DNA from: a virus
Lineage: Duplodnaviria; Heunggongvirae; Uroviricota; Caudoviricetes
Strand: one strand, 5' to 3'
Virus record (IMG/VR): IMGVR_UViG_2526164646_000008
Location: 1-32,339 of that record
Length of the DNA: 32,339 bases
The translations under genes and the position numbers were made by a program. Below the pieces are notes generated by a model. The model was not told where the DNA came from. It searched no databases and saw only the letters and a program-made list of their open reading frames with translations. Shown here in pieces: positions 9,331-20,133 of the stretch (its first letter is position 1; every line of letters starts with the position of its first letter).

Positions 9331-9449
9331 AAATCGAATACCAGGACGCCGCAGGAGGTGAATCAATGAGCTGGCCTGATGCAATCGTAACTCTGGGGAT
9401 GGTATTCGCAGTAGCGTTTGTTGTGTACTCGATTTGTCGATGGGGATAA
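9327..9449 (+). CDS. Micro-ORF encoding hydrophobic peptide (40 aa from ATG 9327; 27 aa from internal ATG 9366)
   Basis: MKIEYQDAAGGES-MSWPDAIVTLGMVFAVAFVVYSICRWG; SD aggaggtg 6 nt before ATG 9366; ATGA overlap with clamp-like gene stop. Confidence 0.4.
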   Translation: MKIEYQDAAGGESMSWPDAIVTLGMVFAVAFVVYSICRWG

Positions 9450-9453
9450 CCAC

Positions 9454-9696
9454 ATGTTCGCTTTGATTCAACGCGGGCAGATATACACAGACAGAGCCGG
9501 ATACCCAGTAGAAATTACTCGCAGTACTGAGCACTCAGTGTTCTTTCGGAGGATGGACGGACGTACCGGGCGAGTACGCATCGGTGAATTCAGTAGCCTG
9601 GTCGAGCATATTGACCACCTGGAATATCACAAGATTCTGGCTGAAACAGAACAAGAAAAGCACCTGAAGAAATTACGCGCAATGCAAAGGAAGTAA
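9454..9696 (+). CDS. Hypothetical small phage protein (80 aa)
   Basis: MFALIQRGQIYTDRAGYPVEITRSTEH...; SD gggga upstream; track ORF 9418 is an N-terminal extension. Confidence 0.45.
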   Translation: MFALIQRGQIYTDRAGYPVEITRSTEHSVFFRRMDGRTGRVRIGEFSSLVEHIDHLEYHKILAETEQEKHLKKLRAMQRK

Positions 9697-9699
9697 AAA

Positions 9700-9846
9700 A
9701 TGAATAAAGCGTTTGAGCTATGGGTCCACCAGCGTTACGGCAACCACTACGACCTGACGCGAGATGTTGACGGTTTCTACTGTCGTGAAATTGTGAAACG
9801 AATGTTTGAGGACTGGTGCCACTGCCGTGGGCTGAGTGTTGTGTGA
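9700..9846 (+). CDS. Hypothetical small protein (48 aa, Cys-rich C-terminus)
   Basis: ATG 9700 preceded by aggaag; MNKAFELWVHQRYGNHYDLTRDVDGFYCREIVKRMFEDWCHCRGLSVV; below the ORF-track size cutoff. Confidence 0.35.
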   Translation: MNKAFELWVHQRYGNHYDLTRDVDGFYCREIVKRMFEDWCHCRGLSVV

Positions 9847-9854
9847 GGTAATGC

Positions 9855-10019
9855 ATGGGCAATGTGATTCAACTGGCTCCCAATGAATGGGTTTGTGAAA
9901 GCGTTCTAATCGCAATTACCGGGCTCAAACCAGGCACAATTCTTCGGACCCGGAAAGAATGCTGGATGGTTGGAAGAGAGTATATTCACGTATCACCAGA
10001 CGGTAATCCAAAGCCTTCT
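9855..10019 (+). pseudogene. Excisionase-like gene, 3' end removed by IS911
   Basis: MGNVIQLAPNEWVCESVLIAITGLKPGTILRTRKECWMVGREYIHVSPDGNPKPSE then IS911-derived codons; homologous to the xis-like ORF at 22577. Confidence 0.45.
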
Positions 10020-10026
10020 GAAGTGG

Positions 10027-11195
<1,169 letters not shown>

Positions 11196-11324
11196 TGGAG
11201 CACCTGTGTTGTTCTGAGGTGAGCATATCACCTCTGTTCAGGTGGCCAAATTCAGTGTGCCACTTCAAATCTTGCCAGAGCTAGTATTGCACTGTCTGGC
11301 ATACACAATCGTTCCAGTAATCAA

Positions 11325-11561
11325 TTAGCGAGGTTCGCAGTCTTCACTTTGGAACTTAAACTTTTCTATCTCCGTGAGTTTTGCTTTGAGCGCAGCCTCA
11401 TTGCTTTTAGAGATTGTCAGCTCATCAATGAGAGACAAATATTCAAGCTGAATGCTTGACAACTTAGAGTTTATTTCAGACACAGCGCGATCAACCTCAG
11501 CCTGAGTTTTTGCTTCATTGAATAATTTTAACATTGATGCAGTCTCTTTGAGAGCTGACAT
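11325..11561 (-). CDS. Hypothetical coiled-coil protein (78 aa)
   Basis: Track ORF with protein-like heptad composition; no recognisable family. Confidence 0.35.
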   Translation of the reverse strand: MSALKETASMLKLFNEAKTQAEVDRAVSEINSKLSSIQLEYLSLIDELTISKSNEAALKAKLTEIEKFKFQSEDCEPR

Positions 11562-11788
11562 CGCTAATACATCACTTGCTCACTCTTCTTATTGTTGGGG
11601 TATTCAGATTATACAAATTTCTTGTTGTTGGGGAATAACAGGAACCACCTCGCCTGACGTAGTTAAAAGCAGGCACACAACGCGAAATGACGCGGCGGTA
11701 AGTATGGCGGAGTTATTCCTTCCCCGTTGAGGACACCGGGTTGTCAGGTTGACCATACGCTTAAGTGACAACCACGCCACAACACTCC

Positions 11789-11847
11789 ATGTTGATTGGT
11801 ACCTTTGGCGGCATCAGTTTCATTGCTGGCTGATGTCCGCCCTTTTT
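11789..11847 (+). ncRNA. dicF: DicF-like small RNA candidate with intrinsic terminator
   Basis: ttgattggtacctttggcggcatcagttt... resembles the 5' half of E. coli DicF (UUUCUGGUGACGUUUGGCGGUAUCAGUUUU) as recalled; ends in hairpin ggcgg-c-atcag/ctgat-gt-ccgcc (11807..11841) plus T5. Confidence 0.4.
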
Positions 11848-12143
11848 AAAGTGAATTTTGTGATGCGGTGAATGCGGCTGAGCGCACGCGGAACAGTTAA
11901 AAAGCGATTAGTTCCCACGTATCGGGTGGTTATGGGTTTCCCTGTATCCGGCGTTAATTGTTAACTGGTTAACGTCACCTGGAGGCACCAGGCACCGCAT
12001 CAACAAAGTTCACTTCGGTGATGAAAGGTAAGAGAAAATGTTGAATGTAGCTATTGAAAACCAGAACGGGTGGAATTATAGTGCATCTGCACCTCATAAA
12101 ACGGGGGCCGGGCGTGGAAACCCGAACGTTACTCGAGCGCATA

Positions 12144-12165
12144 GCCGCGCTGAAGCGGTTTTTTT
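12144..12165 (+). terminator. Short GC hairpin (ccgc-gctgaa-gcgg) followed by T7
   Basis: Seen directly; 4-bp stem, strong U-tract. Confidence 0.3.
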
Positions 12166-12967
12166 ATGCGTAATGCACAGCTCCATTCAAATTATGGTGG
12201 GATGTGCAGGGCAGTCGCAAGACTGGCCGGGTTCTCGAGTGACCGGTATTTCCACCCCTGTACGTCTCACCACCCTTATGGTCGTGGAAAACCTCGGTGG
12301 TGAGTTAATTAACTTATCACTCGAGGATGCCATCATGGCTACTATCCCTGCCCTTTCTCACCCTGACGTAACCATCGAAAACGGTCGCGCTGTCACTACG
12401 TCTGTTGCGGTTGCAGAGTTCTTCCACAAACGACACGACAATGTGTTACGTGCCATCGCAAATACTGAATGCTCACCTGAATTTAACGCCCTCAATTTTG
12501 AGGACGTCACCTACACCGACACCAAAGGCGAAAAACGCCCAATGTACCAAATCACCAAAAACGGCTTCGTTTTCCTGGTGATGGGCTTCACTGGGAAAAA
12601 AGCCGCTGCATTCAAAGAGGCCTACATCGCTGATGTTCGACCGCATGGAGGCAGAACTGCACCAGAATAATACCCCGTCCGCTGACAAGATGATTCCGGG
12701 TAACGGTCGCACTCTGGTTGTGCACTTCGACGAACACGGCAATATCAGATTCACCGAAACTGTTCCTGACGGTGCACTGGTCTGTACCCTGGATACTTTC
12801 CAGTTTTATCTGGAAAAACAGGGGTGGGCTCTTGTAAACCGGAGCGCAATTAAAAATATGACCGTAGAGCAGCTGCTAGACTGGCCCCCTGAATCTCCAG
12901 ACAACCAGTATCACTTATTTAAGTGATAGTCTTAATACTAGTTTTTAGACTAGTCATTGGAGAACAG

Positions 12968-13333
12968 ATGATTGATGTCTTAGGGCCGGAGAAACGCAGA
13001 CGGCGTACCACACAGGAAAAGATCGCAATTGTTCAGCAGAGCTTTGAACCGGGGATGACGGTCTCCCTCGTTGCCCGGCAACATGGTGTAGCAGCCAGCC
13101 AGCTATTTCTCTGGCGTAAGCAATACCAGGAAGGAAGTCTTACTGCTGTGGCCGCCGGAGAACAGGTTGTTCCTGCCTCTGAACTTGCTGCCGCCATGAA
13201 GCAGATTAAAGAACTCCAGCGCCTGCTCGGCAAGAAAACGATGGAAAATGAACTCCTCAAAGAAGCCGTTGAATATGGACGGGCAAAAAAGTGGATAGCG
13301 CACGCGCCCTTATTGCCCGGGGATGGGGAGTAA
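12968..13333 (+). CDS. insC: IS2 orfA (InsC)
   Basis: [56 protein letters not shown]... Confidence 0.85.
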
Positions 13334-14196
13334 GCTTAGTCAGCCGTTGTCTCCGGGTGTCGCGTGCGCAGTTGCACGTCATTCTCAGACGAACCGATGA
13401 CTGGATGGATGGCCGCCGCAGTCGTCACACTGATGATACGGATGTGCTTCTCCGTATACACCATGTTATCGGAGAGCTGCCCACGTATGGTTATCGTCGG
13501 GTATGGGCGCTGCTTCGCAGACAGGCAGAACTTGATGGTATGCCTGCGATCAATGCCAAACGTGTTTACCGGCTCATGCGCCAGAATGCGCTGTTGCTTG
13601 AGCGAAAACCTGCTGTACCGCCATCGAAACGGGCACATACAGGCAGAGTGGCCGTGAAAGAAAGCAATCAGCGATGGTGCTCTGACGGGTTCGAGTTCTG
13701 CTGTGATAACGGAGAGAGACTGCGTGTCACGTTCGCGCTGGACTGCTGTGATCGTGAGGCACTGCACTGGGCGGTGACTACCGGCGGCTTCAACAGTGAA
13801 ACAGTACAGGACGTCATGCTGGGAGCAGTGGAACGCCGCTTCGGCAACGATCTTCCGTCGTCTCCAGTGGAGTGGCTGACGGATAATGGTTCATGCTACC
13901 GGGATAATGAAACACGCCAGTTCGCCCGGATGTTGGGACTTGAACCGAAGAACACGGCGGTGCGGAGTCCGGAGAGTAACGGAATAGCAGAGAGCTTCGT
14001 GAAAACGATAAAGCGTGACTACATCAGTATCATGCCCAAACCAGACGGGTTAACGGCAGCAAAGAACCTTGCAGAGGCGTTCGAGCATTATAACGAATGG
14101 CATCCGCATAGTGCGCTGGGTTATCGCTCGCCACGGGAATATCTGCGGCAGCGGGCTTGTAATGGGTTAAGTGATAACAGATGTCTGGAAATATAG
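13291..14196 (+). CDS. insD: IS2 orfB (InsD transposase)
   Basis: 301-aa track ORF. Confidence 0.85.
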
Positions 14197-14272
14197 GGGC
14201 AAATCCAGCTGCTAAGTATTAAATAACTTTCCTGAGATTTCCTTTGTAAGACTGTTTATTAAGGAGGCTTCC

Positions 14273-14494
14273 ATGATTGCTCATCACTTCGGAACTGATG
14301 AAATACCACGTCAGTGTGTGACTCCTGGCGATTATGTTCTTCATGAAGGTCGGACATATATCGCCTCGGCAAACAATATTAAAAAGCGAAAACTTTATAT
14401 TCGTAGCCTGACTACAAAAACATGCATTTCTGACTGCATGATTAAAGTCTTCCTCGGTCGTGATGGTTTACCTGTAAAGGCGGAGTCATGGTAA
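14273..14494 (+). CDS. kilR: KilR-like small protein (73 aa; Rac-type FtsZ-inhibiting killing protein)
   Basis: Strong SD aaggagg 5 nt upstream; 73 aa as KilR; sits in kilR-ydaE-racC-recE order as in Rac prophage; identity from recollection and synteny. Confidence 0.5.
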   Translation: MIAHHFGTDEIPRQCVTPGDYVLHEGRTYIASANNIKKRKLYIRSLTTKTCISDCMIKVFLGRDGLPVKAESW

Positions 14495-14664
14495 TGACTA
14501 AGAAAATAAAATGTGCTTATCACCTTTGCAATAAAGAAATTGAAGAAAGCAAAATCATTACAAGACCACTTCATTTCATGCGTGGAGTTATACCAACGAC
14601 GGAAATGAAAAAATATTGTAGTGAAATCTGTGCCGAAAAAGACCAGATGGCACACGAACTTTAA
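14488..14664 (+). CDS. ydaE: YdaE-like zinc-ribbon protein (58 aa, two CxxC pairs)
   Basis: [17 protein letters not shown]...[17 protein letters not shown]; start overlaps kilR-like stop; below ORF-track size cutoff. Confidence 0.45.
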   Translation: MVMTKKIKCAYHLCNKEIEESKIITRPLHFMRGVIPTTEMKKYCSEICAEKDQMAHEL

Positions 14665-15039
14665 TTAACTGACTATCCGAAACTGAATTTATGCCAGCAA
14701 TGGCAGGGATTCGCTCAACCTTAATTAAGGAGAAAAACATGATTACCAGTTATGAAGCCACTGTTGTAACTACTGATGACATTGTTCACGAGGTTAATCT
14801 GGAAGGAAAGCGTATTGGCTACGTGATTAAGACAGAAAATAAAGAAACCCCATTCACTGTGGTTGATATCGACGGTCCATCAGGCAACGTTAAAACACTT
14901 AACGATGGTGTAAAAAAAATGTGTCTGGTGCACATAGGAAAGAATCTGCCCGCAGAAAAAAAAGCCGAATTTCTGGCAACTCTGGGTAATGCTGCCAACT
15001 TACTGATTTAGTGTATGATGGTGATTTTAAGGTGCTTGC

Positions 15040-15315
15040 GTGGCTTCCATTTCCATCAGATGTCCTTCCTGCTCCGCTACTGAAGGCGTGGTGCGTAACG
15101 GCAAAAGCACTGCCGGACATCAGCGCTATCTCTGCTCTCATTGCCGTAAAACATGGCAACTACAGTTCACTTACACCGCCTCTCAGCCCGGTACGCACCA
15201 GAAAATCATTGATATGGCCATGAATGGCGTCGGATGTCGCGCCAGTGCACGCATTATGGGCGTTGGCCTCAACACGGTTTTACGTCACTTAAAAAACTCA
15301 GGCCGCAGTCGGTAA
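15040..15315 (+). CDS. insA: IS1 InsA
   Basis: 91-aa track [43 protein letters not shown]... Confidence 0.85.
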   Translation: MASISIRCPSCSATEGVVRNGKSTAGHQRYLCSHCRKTWQLQFTYTASQPGTHQKIIDMAMNGVGCRASARIMGVGLNTVLRHLKNSGRSR

Positions 15316-15737
15316 CCTCGCGCATACAACCGGGCAGTGATGTGATTGTCTGCGCTGAAATGGACGAACATTGGGGCTACGTCGGTGCTAAATCACGTCA
15401 GCGCTGGCTGTTTTACGCGTATGACAGGATACGGAGGACGGTTGTGGCGCACGTCTTCGGTGAACGCACTCTGGCCACACTGGAGCGTCTTCTGAGCCTG
15501 CTGTCGGCCTTTGAGGTCGTGGTATGGATGACGGATGGCTGTCCGCTGTATGAATCACGCCTGAAGGGAAAGCTGCACGTTATCAGCAAGCGTTACACTC
15601 AGCACATTGAGCGACATAATCTGAATCTGAGACAACATCTGGCAAGGCTGGGACGGAAGTCACTGTCGTTCTCAAAATCGGTGGAGCTGCATGACAAGGT
15701 CATCGGGCATTATCTGAACATAAAACACTATCAGTAA
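15234..15737 (+). CDS. insB: IS1 InsB (InsAB' transposase made by frameshift)
   Basis: 167-aa track ORF. Confidence 0.85.
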   Translation: MSRQCTHYGRWPQHGFTSLKKLRPQSVTSRIQPGSDVIVCAEMDEHWGYVGAKSRQRWLFYAYDRIRRTVVAHVFGERTLATLERLLSLLSAFEVVVWMTDGCPLYESRLKGKLHVISKRYTQHIERHNLNLRQHLARLGRKSLSFSKSVELHDKVIGHYLNIKHYQ

Positions 15738-15789
15738 GTTGGAGTCATTACCCAACTCTGATTGCAATGAAATTAAAAGGTGAAATCTG

Positions 15790-15819
15790 AAAAAAAGAAA
15801 GCCTGCACACTGTGCAGGC
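15790..15819 (-). terminator. Perfect palindrome gcctgcacactgtgcaggc with U-tract only on the minus strand
   Basis: 19-nt palindrome 15801..15819 preceded on the plus strand by aaaaaaagaaa, i.e. followed by TTTCTTTTTTT on the minus strand. Confidence 0.35.
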
Positions 15820-15889
15820 CTGAATGAAGAACCTGGGACATTTATTCATCACTCGCAGTAATTTTAATCTGAGTTGAGGTTAAAAAACA

Positions 15890-17314
15890 ATGAACACCGA
15901 TAAACAAGTTTACCCACTGTATTACGAAGCAAAAAATGACAAAGTAAGAAAACGTCTCGGTATTAAAGGCGGTTTTTACTGGGCTGAAGCGAAAAAATTA
16001 TCCATTGCCATCTCCCGTGGTGCTGTTGCGATTGACGATGCAGGCTACGATGAAGATGACTTTAAAAAACCTGTTCGCGTCAATTTGCCCGTTGTTGATG
16101 ACCTCCCGCCAGAAGGCGTATTTGATACGGAATTCTGCAACCGTTACGAAAAAGGCGGGGAAGATGGCATCACAATGGTATTTATCGCATCTTCTCCCTC
16201 TGTTCAGGACAAACCGGCCAGCACTGACAATACCAACGTCAACGGCGAAGACATGACAGAAATTGAGGAGAACATGCTCCTGCCAGTTTCCGGTCAGGAA
16301 CTGCCCATTCGCTGGCTTGCGCAACACGGCAGCGAAAAACCAGTAACGCACGTTTCACGCGACGAACTCCAGGCATTACACATTGCTCGGGATGAAGAAC
16401 TACCAGCTGTTACTGCCCTGGCTGTTTCCCACAAAACCAGCCTGCTCGATCCGCTGGAAATTCGCGATCTCCACAAACTGGTGCGTGATACTGACAGAGT
16501 TTTCCCTAATCCAGGCAATTCAAGCCTGGGGCTGATGACTGCTTTTTTCGAAGCATACATGGACGCAGACTACACCGATCGCGGTCTGCTGACAAAAGAG
16601 TGGATGAAAGGAAATCGTGTTTCACGCATCACGCGCACGGCTTCCGGCGCTAATGCTGGCGGCGGGAACCTCACCGATCGCGGCGAAGGTTTCGTTCACG
16701 ATCTGACGTCACTGGCGCGCGACGTAGCCACTGGCGTACTGGCTCGTTCAATGGACGTGGACATTTATAACCTTCATCCGGCACACGCTAAACGTGTCGA
16801 GGAAATTATCGCTGAAAATAAACCGCCCTTTTCTGTTTTCCGCGACAAATTCATCACCATGCCTGGCGGGATGGATTATTCCCGCGCCATCGTGGTTGCG
16901 TCAGTGAAAGAAGCACCGATTGGTATCGAGGTCATCCCCGCTCACGTCACTGAATATCTGAACAAGGTACTGACTGAAACCGATCATGCCAACCCTGATC
17001 CGGAAATCGTGGATATTGCCTGCGGTCGCTCCTCTGCCCCGATGCCGCAACGTGTAACAGAAGAAGGAAAACAGGATGATGAAGAAAAAACGCAGCCATC
17101 TGGCGCAATGGCAGATGAACAGGCAACGGCTGAAACAATGGAACCGGATGCAACTGAACATCATCAGAACACGCAGCCGCTGGATGCTCAGTCACAGGTA
17201 AATTCTGTTGATGAGAAATATCAGGAACTACGGGCAGAACTCCATGAAGCCCGGAAAAACATTCCGCCCAAAAATCCTGTCGATGCAGACAAATTACTGG
17301 CTGCCTTGAGGTAG
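15890..17314 (+). pseudogene. recE: RecE (exonuclease VIII)-like gene, N-terminal non-catalytic region only; 3' end removed by IS600
   Basis: 474-aa ORF with acidic, low-complexity stretches ([19 protein letters not shown]...) recalled from Rac RecE; stop TAG 17312..17314 lies inside an IS600 end remnant; native sequence ends at 17306. Confidence 0.5.
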
Positions 17315-17318
17315 CCTG
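17307..17318 (+). repeat. 12-nt IS600 left-end remnant (tgaggtagcctg) abutting the right end of IS600 copy 2
   Basis: Identical to the first 12 nt of the IS600 left end at 5427..5438. Confidence 0.7.
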
Positions 17319-17361
17319 TGAGGTGTACTGGCAATAGCGGACACTACCATTTGTTCTTTTT

Positions 17362-18180
17362 TTAAGCAGCCATCTGATGATATTTTTCCCTGAAGGCTGC
17401 CGGGGAGATATTCCCCAGACGAGAGTGACGACGCTGACGATTGTAGAAAATCTCAATGTATTCCCGTATTACTGAGGTGGCTTCATCCCGGTTATTAAAA
17501 CGATAGTGGCTCAGGCTCTCATTTTTCAGCGTTCCCCAGAAGCTTTCCATCGGAGCGTTGTCGTAACAGTTACCTTTACGCGACATTGATGTTTTCAGAC
17601 CAGACTGCTCCTGTATGACCCGGTAATCGTATGCGCAGTACTGTGAACCTCGATCAGAGTGGTGGATTAGCCCGGCAGGTGGGCGCTGGCTCCTGAGCGC
17701 CATAAACAGGGCTTTACCTGTCAGCTCTTTTGTCATGCGCTCTCCCATGGCGTAGCCGACAATTTCACACGTATAAACATCTTTGATGCCAGCGAGGTAC
17801 AACCATCCCTCCTGTGTGGCAACATACGTCAGGTCCGCCACCCAGACCTGATTTGGTGCTGTAGGAGCGAACGTCTGGTTCAGCAGATTTGGCGCAACTG
17901 GCAGATTGTGGTTCGGGTTCGTAGTCGCTCTGAACTTGCGTTTCTGCTTACAGCGTAGCCTCAGCTCCTTACGAAGACGTGCCAGTCGGTCACGACCAAC
18001 GATGATGCCATTCTCTGCCAGCTCCGTCTGGAGCCGCCGGGTTCCATATGTTTCGCGAGTGCGGATATGTGCCACCTTAATCTCCAGTTTTAGCCGCTCA
18101 TCACTTTGTTTTCTGTCTGAGGGTTCATGCTGTACCCAGTTGTAATAACCGCTCCTGGATACACCAAATACCTGACACAT
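17362..18180 (-). CDS. IS600 orfB transposase
   Basis: 272-aa track ORF. Confidence 0.85.
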   Translation of the reverse strand: MCQVFGVSRSGYYNWVQHEPSDRKQSDERLKLEIKVAHIRTRETYGTRRLQTELAENGIIVGRDRLARLRKELRLRCKQKRKFRATTNPNHNLPVAPNLLNQTFAPTAPNQVWVADLTYVATQEGWLYLAGIKDVYTCEIVGYAMGERMTKELTGKALFMALRSQRPPAGLIHHSDRGSQYCAYDYRVIQEQSGLKTSMSRKGNCYDNAPMESFWGTLKNESLSHYRFNNRDEATSVIREYIEIFYNRQRRHSRLGNISPAAFREKYHQMAA

Positions 18181-18229
18181 CGCTTCAATGGGAAATTGTT
18201 GTCGCCATTGTTCGATTAACGCGTATTTT

Positions 18230-18517
18230 TCAGCGACTCCTGTGCAAAATACGCTGTTGCTTTTTTAATATATCGCGCTCAAGGCGAGCTTCATTTAACG
18301 CCTTACGCAGTTGCAGAATTTCAGATTCCAGTTCAGCCACCGTGCGGGAACCAGGAGTACCGAGCCCTTTTCTGGCGGCGGTAACCCATTGTCCTAAAGT
18401 GCCTTCAGGAAGAGATAATCGGGAAGCGCCTTCACTGATCGAAAGTTGATTTTCAAGAACCGTTCTGACAGCTTCGGCTTTGAACTCTTTAGAGTAACGT
18501 TGGGTTTTTCTGCTCAT
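18230..18517 (-). CDS. IS600 orfA
   Basis: 95-aa track [27 protein letters not shown]... Confidence 0.85.
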   Translation of the reverse strand: MSRKTQRYSKEFKAEAVRTVLENQLSISEGASRLSLPEGTLGQWVTAARKGLGTPGSRTVAELESEILQLRKALNEARLERDILKKQQRILHRSR

Positions 18518-18904
18518 TATTAGCTCCTTCTGATGCCATTCTATTTCAGGAAGGAGTGTCCGTTAAACTCAGGCTACCTCAGAGCGCTTATCCGATTTTT
18601 GATCGTATTGAAGAAATGGCATGGGCTCGTCACTACCAGCAGATCGTTCGTGAAGAAAAAGAAACGGAACTGGCGGACGACCTGGAAAAAGGTCTGCCTC
18701 AGCACCTGTTTGAATCGCTCTGCATCGACCATTTGCAACGCCACGGTGCCAATAAACAGGCAATCAGCCACGCATTTGATGATGATGTTGAGTTTCAGGA
18801 GCGCATGGCAGAACACATCCGGTACATGGCTGTGAAGTGGCACACTGAATTTGGCCACCTGAACAGAGGTGATATGCTCACCTCAGAACAACACAGGTGC
18901 TCCA

Positions 18905-20073
<1,169 letters not shown>

Positions 20074-20133
20074 CCACTTCACTGAAACCATTGCCCACCA
20101 CCAGGTTGATATTGATTTGGAGGACTAAAATCT

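Larger units (their letters stand above)
12877..14207 (+). mobile_element. IS2, complete, 5-bp target duplication GCTGC
   Basis: 1331 bp; left end TAGACTGGCCCCCTGAATCTCCAGACAACC; right end ...GGGGCAAATCCA; flanks 12872..12876 and 14208..14212 both gctgc. Confidence 0.9.
12335..14226 (+). pseudogene. Rha-family phage regulatory protein gene, frameshifted near 12640 and split by IS2
   Basis: MATIPALSHPDVTIENGRAVTTSVAVAEFFHKRHDNVLRAI... (Rha KRHDNVLR motif); frame change between track ORFs 12038 and 12633; IS2 at 12877..14207 with GCTGC duplication; reconstructed end ...VEQLLLSIK stop 14224..14226. Confidence 0.6.
14985..15752 (+). mobile_element. IS1, copy 1, complete, 8-bp target duplication CAACTCTG
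   Basis: 768 bp; ends GGTAATGCTGCCAACTTACTGATTTAGTG... and ...TCAGTAAGTTGGAGTCATTACC; identical 8-mers at 14977..14984 and 15753..15760. Confidence 0.9.
14739..15790 (+). pseudogene. racC: RacC-like gene split by IS1 (reconstructed product 91 aa)
   Basis: SD aaggag; 82 codons before IS1 plus 9 codons (IAMKLKGEI) after removing IS1 and one copy of the 8-bp duplication CAACTCTG give 91 aa, the RacC length. Confidence 0.5.
17319..18581 (-). mobile_element. IS600, copy 2, complete
   Basis: Same two ends as copy 1 in inverted orientation; intact orfA and orfB. Confidence 0.8.

Noticed and set aside
12132-12325. Cluster of restriction-type palindromes (three ctcgag sites and ttaattaa) as a possible sign of engineered DNA
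   Set aside because: No vector-like sequence, polylinker order or selectable marker nearby; consistent with chance occurrence in native sequence.
12038-12334. N-terminal 99 codons of track ORF 12038..12670
   Set aside because: Composition is not protein-like and the Rha-like homology begins at ATG 12335, which has its own SD; the upstream part is read-through of intergenic DNA.
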